Shown piece by piece: positions 7,969-13,257 of a DNA stretch of 13,257 bases (positions within the stretch are counted from its first letter, which is position 1; every line of letters starts with the position of its first letter). The notes beneath the pieces are model-generated. The model saw only the letters and a program-made list of their open reading frames with translations, had not been told where the DNA came from and searched no databases. Where the stretch lies: NCBI GenBank assembly GCA_913020725.1, contig CAJWCD010000105.1, forward strand, positions 1-13,257, in the 5' to 3' direction. Origin of the DNA: an uncultured Pseudomonadota bacterium. Its GTDB lineage: Bacteria > SAR324 > NAC60-12. A program made the position numbers and the translations under genes.

Positions 7969-7991
7969 TTCTGAAACCCCCTGTTTCAGAA
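7969..7991. promoter_or_regulatory. Operator-like palindrome at the predicted transcription start
   Basis: TTCTGAAAC-N5-GTTTCAGAA, a perfect 9-bp inverted repeat beginning 6 nt downstream of the predicted -10 box. Confidence 0.6.
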
Positions 7992-7997
7992 CCAGTT

Positions 7998-8038
7998 AAT
8001 ATACTAGCGCAAATTTTCGGGAGTCAAAACTTTTTTTG
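7998..8038 (-). promoter_or_regulatory. Sigma70-type promoter of the tct-ThDP enzyme-frc operon
   Basis: Minus strand: A8 tract (8031-8038, UP-element-like), TTGACT (8027-8022), 18-nt spacer, TATATT (8003-7998). Confidence 0.65.
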
Positions 8039-8361
8039 GGGGGGCAGACTCTACTGCGCACCTGTTCAAGATGAGCGGTCCACACCCTTCTTCGCGAACC
8101 GGGGAAATTCCTGCGGTCATGGATTTCTCGATGGCCGTCAATTCGGAAAAGTCATGAGGCTGATGGAGGAATCCGGCAGTGGCAAGTCCACGGTCGTGCT
8201 GCGGGGTAAGTCAGGGTTACAAAAAGCGCCCAAGTCAAAGAAGCGAGGGGAGGTTGACGCACAAGGATTCCTGTGGAGGGCGGAAGCTGCCACAGATCCA
8301 GAAGAGACGTATTCTGCATGAGGCACGATCAGAATGCGGAGCGAGACTGGTTTGCTCTTCC

Positions 8362-9072
8362 TCAATACTCATACTCATCATGGACGCTCCCATCCGACTT
8401 GAGGAAGGGAGGAACACGCCCGACCAATTCCTCCAGCATGATCAGTTCCTGATCGGAGTGGTTGAACATTGGTGCGAGAGCAATCCGTTTTTCCGCTGCG
8501 TAAATGAAGCGTGGGGCCTCGTGATGCTGGGTGGTCACGGTTTCGGTGATGTCCGGAGTTTCCTTGATCTGCAAATGGGAAGTTCCATAACAGGTGCAAA
8601 TGTAGGTTTTCTCGGAGTCGCTCTCCAAGTAGGCACCGGTTCCCCGGATGGCGATCACGGCGGTGGGCGTTCTCAACATACGCTTTCCCCGTGCGAAGAC
8701 CGAGAGGATCGCACCGAAGCTGAGTTGGAATCCAGAGATTTCGTTTGGTTTCGTACTTGCTGCCGGTGTCAGGACGACCCGGCTGTTCTTGTGCAGCAGA
8801 AAGGCATCCTTGCCGACGACAAAGACGGCAGATCCATCCGGGCCTGTACTCAAGGAGGCGTCATTGGGAACTTTCAGCCTCCCGGTGGCGGTCAGTTGTT
8901 TGGAGGTGATCCGCTGACCGTTGATGAGAACTTCGCCTGTAACCTTTCTCACGCCACTGCACAGGGTCACTGGAGCACAGCCACCCAAAAGCAAACTGAC
9001 GGCTCCCATCGCACCCAACATGGAGAGCAGGTTCAGCATCTCCCGCCTGTCGTATCGTTTCCAGTTTGACAT
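8362..9072 (-). CDS. Predicted Tat-exported lipoprotein with FecR-like beta domain
   Basis: 236 aa. Twin-arginine-like DRREML, hydrophobic stretch and lipobox LLGG/C. STGPDGSAVF and RTPTAVIAIRGT are typical of FecR-like domains. SD-like AAGGA upstream. Confidence 0.75.
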   Translation of the reverse strand: MSNWKRYDRREMLNLLSMLGAMGAVSLLLGGCAPVTLCSGVRKVTGEVLINGQRITSKQLTATGRLKVPNDASLSTGPDGSAVFVVGKDAFLLHKNSRVVLTPAASTKPNEISGFQLSFGAILSVFARGKRMLRTPTAVIAIRGTGAYLESDSEKTYICTCYGTSHLQIKETPDITETVTTQHHEAPRFIYAAEKRIALAPMFNHSDQELIMLEELVGRVPPFLKSDGSVHDEYEY

Positions 9073-9180
9073 GGTCTTCCTTGGTTAGAGCAAAAGTTTC
9101 CACCATCATTCAAGAGTATGTCCAGTAGCTGTGCTCTGCAAGGTTCTTGACGAGAGGATTTAGGAAAGACTCAAAAGTCC

Positions 9181-10206
9181 TCAGTGGGTGAAGCGATACG
9201 CCGAGTCGTAGTAGAGGTAGGGATTGAGCGCGAGGTTGCGGGCGAGCAGGGGCAGGTGATCAGTGGCGGGCGTAGCGGGTTCGCGGACGATGCCCCAGCG
9301 TTCCGTTTCGGGATTGAGTTCGACTCGGTAGGTGCCGAAATCCACAAAGGCGCGCTGCTGCGTTTGGTGGAGGTAGAGCAGTTCCGGAGCGAACTCCAAC
9401 CGGGGGGTTCCAAGGATTTGGATGCCCGTGTCGTTGAGCTGAAGCTGGTAGTTGAGCAGTCGGGGCGGCACCCACGCAGCAGTCAAGAGCGAGGTTTCCT
9501 GAAGGCGCTCTGAGTGATCCTGAATCACGCGGGTTTCGGTGCTGACGTTTTTCAGTTTTCCCTGCACTGCGAGTGGGGCCAATTCCCGGAAATTGATGAA
9601 GCGTTGGTAGTTGCGGCGCAGAAATCCCGTGGCGGTCCTGCGCTTCATGCGCAGTCCGATGGAATTCAGAGAGTAGCGGGTCAGGAATTCCGGGGGATGT
9701 TGATAATTCAAATCCTCGACAAAGAACAAGCCTGTGTCGTTGATGAGTTCTGTCGTGAGCAGGGCACCGGACGGCGTGTTGATCTGCACTTGGAGTTGCA
9801 TCTCGTCCGCGAGCCGGAAGGCGCCCCGCAGTTTCTGGAACTCGAAGTGGACCCGCCCTGCGATCAGCACCCGGGTCCAGTGCGGACGCTCCGCTTGAAA
9901 TCCGGAGTGGTTGGGATTTTGGGCAAGCCCCGCCTCCAGCCGCTGGTACGCTTTTGCAAATTTATGCTCCTGCAAATAATGCTGATAGCGCCGGAAATTG
10001 TCGTCCGCGACCTTGAGGTTCGCCCGCTCTAGGGCTTCCCGGATTTCCACATCCTCCGGATCATCAACATAAGCGATGCGGTACTCGATGGCGGCTTCCT
10101 CCCAACGGCCTTGAGCCTCCAGCTCCTGCCCTTGGTCGTAGTGGTACGAGCAACTTGCAAGCAACCCGCAGAGCAAAACGAAAATCGTAATTCGCAAGGA
10201 TTTCAA
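9181..10206 (-). CDS. Hypothetical lipoprotein with N-terminal TPR-like repeats
   Basis: Likely TTG start at 10206 (or 10197), just after the guaB stop: LKSLRITIFVLLCGLLAS/C lipobox, then TPR-like HYDQGQELEAQGRWEEAAIEYRIAYVDDPED and AYQRLEAGLAQNPNH. The extension to 10467 overlaps guaB and is rejected. Confidence 0.75.
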   Translation of the reverse strand: MKSLRITIFVLLCGLLASCSYHYDQGQELEAQGRWEEAAIEYRIAYVDDPEDVEIREALERANLKVADDNFRRYQHYLQEHKFAKAYQRLEAGLAQNPNHSGFQAERPHWTRVLIAGRVHFEFQKLRGAFRLADEMQLQVQINTPSGALLTTELINDTGLFFVEDLNYQHPPEFLTRYSLNSIGLRMKRRTATGFLRRNYQRFINFRELAPLAVQGKLKNVSTETRVIQDHSERLQETSLLTAAWVPPRLLNYQLQLNDTGIQILGTPRLEFAPELLYLHQTQQRAFVDFGTYRVELNPETERWGIVREPATPATDHLPLLARNLALNPYLYYDSAYRFTH

Positions 10207-10222
10207 TTGAACATACAAAAGG

Positions 10223-12056
<1,834 letters not shown>

Positions 12057-12057
<1 letters not shown>

Positions 12058-12370
12058 TGATGGTTTACCTCGACACCTCCGTGCTGGTGCCAATGTTTTC
12101 CAGGAAGCGGGGAGTGATGCTGTGTTGGAGAGAGTTTCTCAGGAATCCGAGTTGTGGATCAGTCGCTGGACAACCGCCGAATTTTGTAGTGCCGCAGCCT
12201 TCAAGATCAGACGAAGGGATTGTGACCTTGTTGCTGCCAATCGTTCTGTTCAGAAAATGTTTGAGATGGTGAAATCCAAAGCACTCCAGAGAGCGGATGT
12301 CATCGCAGAAGATTTGGAGACCGCAGGAACCTTATGTTTGGCCTACGAAGCTGGACTGCGTGTCGCCAGA
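12057..12370 (+). pseudogene. vapC: PIN-domain (VapC-like) toxin, frameshifted and C-terminally truncated
   Basis: MMVYLDTSVLVPMF (PIN motif 1) in one frame continues as QEAGSDAV...WISRWTTAEFCSA...EDLETAGTLC...GLRVA in another, with one base missing in the T-run at 12096-12099. The expected DALHLA-type motif after GLRVA is absent. Confidence 0.75.
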
Positions 12371-12438
12371 GTTGACCTCACCGAGAGTTCATTTCTCGGC
12401 AAAACTCCACAAATTCAACGCTTCCCCAAGTCAAAACC

Positions 12439-13131
12439 ATGCTGGACTGGAATCCGTACATCATCCTGCTGAACGTTGCCTACACGATTTGGCTGGCGGC
12501 TTTTGTGGCCAAAGACATCGTCTGGCTGCGAATGTTTACCATCACCGGCAACGTGGTGGTCTTGCCGTACTATCTCTATTTCTTTGAGAAACCGCTCTGG
12601 AACCCCATCACCTGGGTGGGCATCTACACAGTGATCAACGCGGTCATGCTGTTCCTGCTCTATCTCGAACGCAGGCCAGTGAAACTCAGCAAAGCCGAGC
12701 AGAAAATCCGGGCACTGACGTTCAAATCCCTAGAACCGCGGGTGTTCAAGAAACTGATGGATCAGGGCGTGTGGGACCGGATACCGCCCCACGTCGAGTT
12801 GGTGGCGCGGGACAGTGATCTGGACAACCTGCTGCTGGTGGTGGAAGGTGAGGCCGAGGTGGTGTTGAAACACGGAGAGCATCGCACCATTCCCACGGGT
12901 GGGTTCATTGGCGAGCAGTCCTTCATCACGGGCGGGAAGACCTCGGCGGATGTCAGCACCGGTGCAGAGGCAACCACGATTCTGCGCTGGAACAAGCAGG
13001 AACTCCGCAAGTATCTTGGACGTCACGAAGCGCTCAAGCACACCTTCGACCTGATCCTGACTGCCGACCTGATCTACAAACTGCGTGGCATGGATCAGGA
13101 TGGGCCGGAAATCGTCAACTCCCATATCTGA
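12439..13131 (+). CDS. Popeye-like membrane protein with C-terminal cyclic-nucleotide-binding (CRP-like) domain
   Basis: 230 aa. Three N-terminal TM helices with KDIVWLR and WNPITW...IN, linker ERRPVKLSKAEQKI...FKSLEPRVFKKL, beta-roll LLLVVEGEAEV...GGFIGEQSF...SADV, and C-terminal ADLIYKL. Confidence 0.8.
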   Translation: MLDWNPYIILLNVAYTIWLAAFVAKDIVWLRMFTITGNVVVLPYYLYFFEKPLWNPITWVGIYTVINAVMLFLLYLERRPVKLSKAEQKIRALTFKSLEPRVFKKLMDQGVWDRIPPHVELVARDSDLDNLLLVVEGEAEVVLKHGEHRTIPTGGFIGEQSFITGGKTSADVSTGAEATTILRWNKQELRKYLGRHEALKHTFDLILTADLIYKLRGMDQDGPEIVNSHI

Positions 13132-13207
13132 TTTTCCAGCACCAAGTTCGGCTTGTGGGGAGTCTGAAGCGGCAAAACACGCATCACGGCTTGATTGTAG
13201 TGGTGGC

Positions 13208-13257
13208 TGGCGCGCCTGGAAGGATTCGAACCTCCGACACCAGGGATCGAAACCCTG
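13208..13257 (-). tRNA. tRNA-Arg(UCG), 3' part (5' end beyond window)
   Basis: Minus strand: anticodon arm CAGGG-TT[TCG]AT-CCCTG, variable loop GTGTC, T arm GGAGG-TTCGAAT-CCTTC, acceptor strand CAGGCGC, discriminator G, encoded CCA. Confidence 0.92.

Noticed and set aside
7931..7969. TctC start at 7969
   Set aside because: The ATG at 7930 has a good SD and gives a normal signal peptide. The 7969 start abuts the operator-like palindrome.
8040..8361. ncRNA or small gene in the roughly 320-bp unexplained gap (ORFs 7953-8321 and 8138-8365)
   Set aside because: Only weak imperfect hairpins (about 8308-8357), no recognisable riboswitch or protein motif, and the ORFs overlap the promoter or lack an SD.
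3063..9069. Long plus-strand ORFs (3063-3821, 4101-4808, 5275-5886, 8179-9069; likewise 10752-11477)
   Set aside because: They are antisense shadows of well-supported GC-rich genes, with no recognisable motifs.

Overview
Bacterial chromosomal window. The centre is a tightly packed minus-strand operon (about 7930 down to 385) behind a clear sigma70-type promoter with an operator-like palindrome. It encodes a tripartite tricarboxylate transporter (TctC-TctB-TctA), a ThDP-dependent enzyme resembling the ILVBL/actinobacterial 2-hydroxyacyl-CoA lyase type rather than canonical Oxc, a formyl-CoA:oxalate CoA-transferase (frc), a stand-alone formyltransferase resembling the N-terminal domain of 10-formyl-THF dehydrogenase (ALDH1L1) more than Fmt, and a DUF2784-like membrane protein. 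The best candidate for a new system is this operon: an oxalate (or 2-hydroxy-acid) catabolic module that may pass formyl-CoA directly to tetrahydrofolate. This is an inference and needs testing. Upstream on the minus strand lie guaB, a TPR lipoprotein and a Tat-type lipoprotein with a FecR-like domain. At the right end, between guaB and a partial tRNA-Arg(UCG), are a decayed antitoxin/PIN (VapC) pair and a bacterial Popeye-like cNMP-binding membrane protein. All family assignments come from motif recognition and recalled reference sequences; no searches were run.
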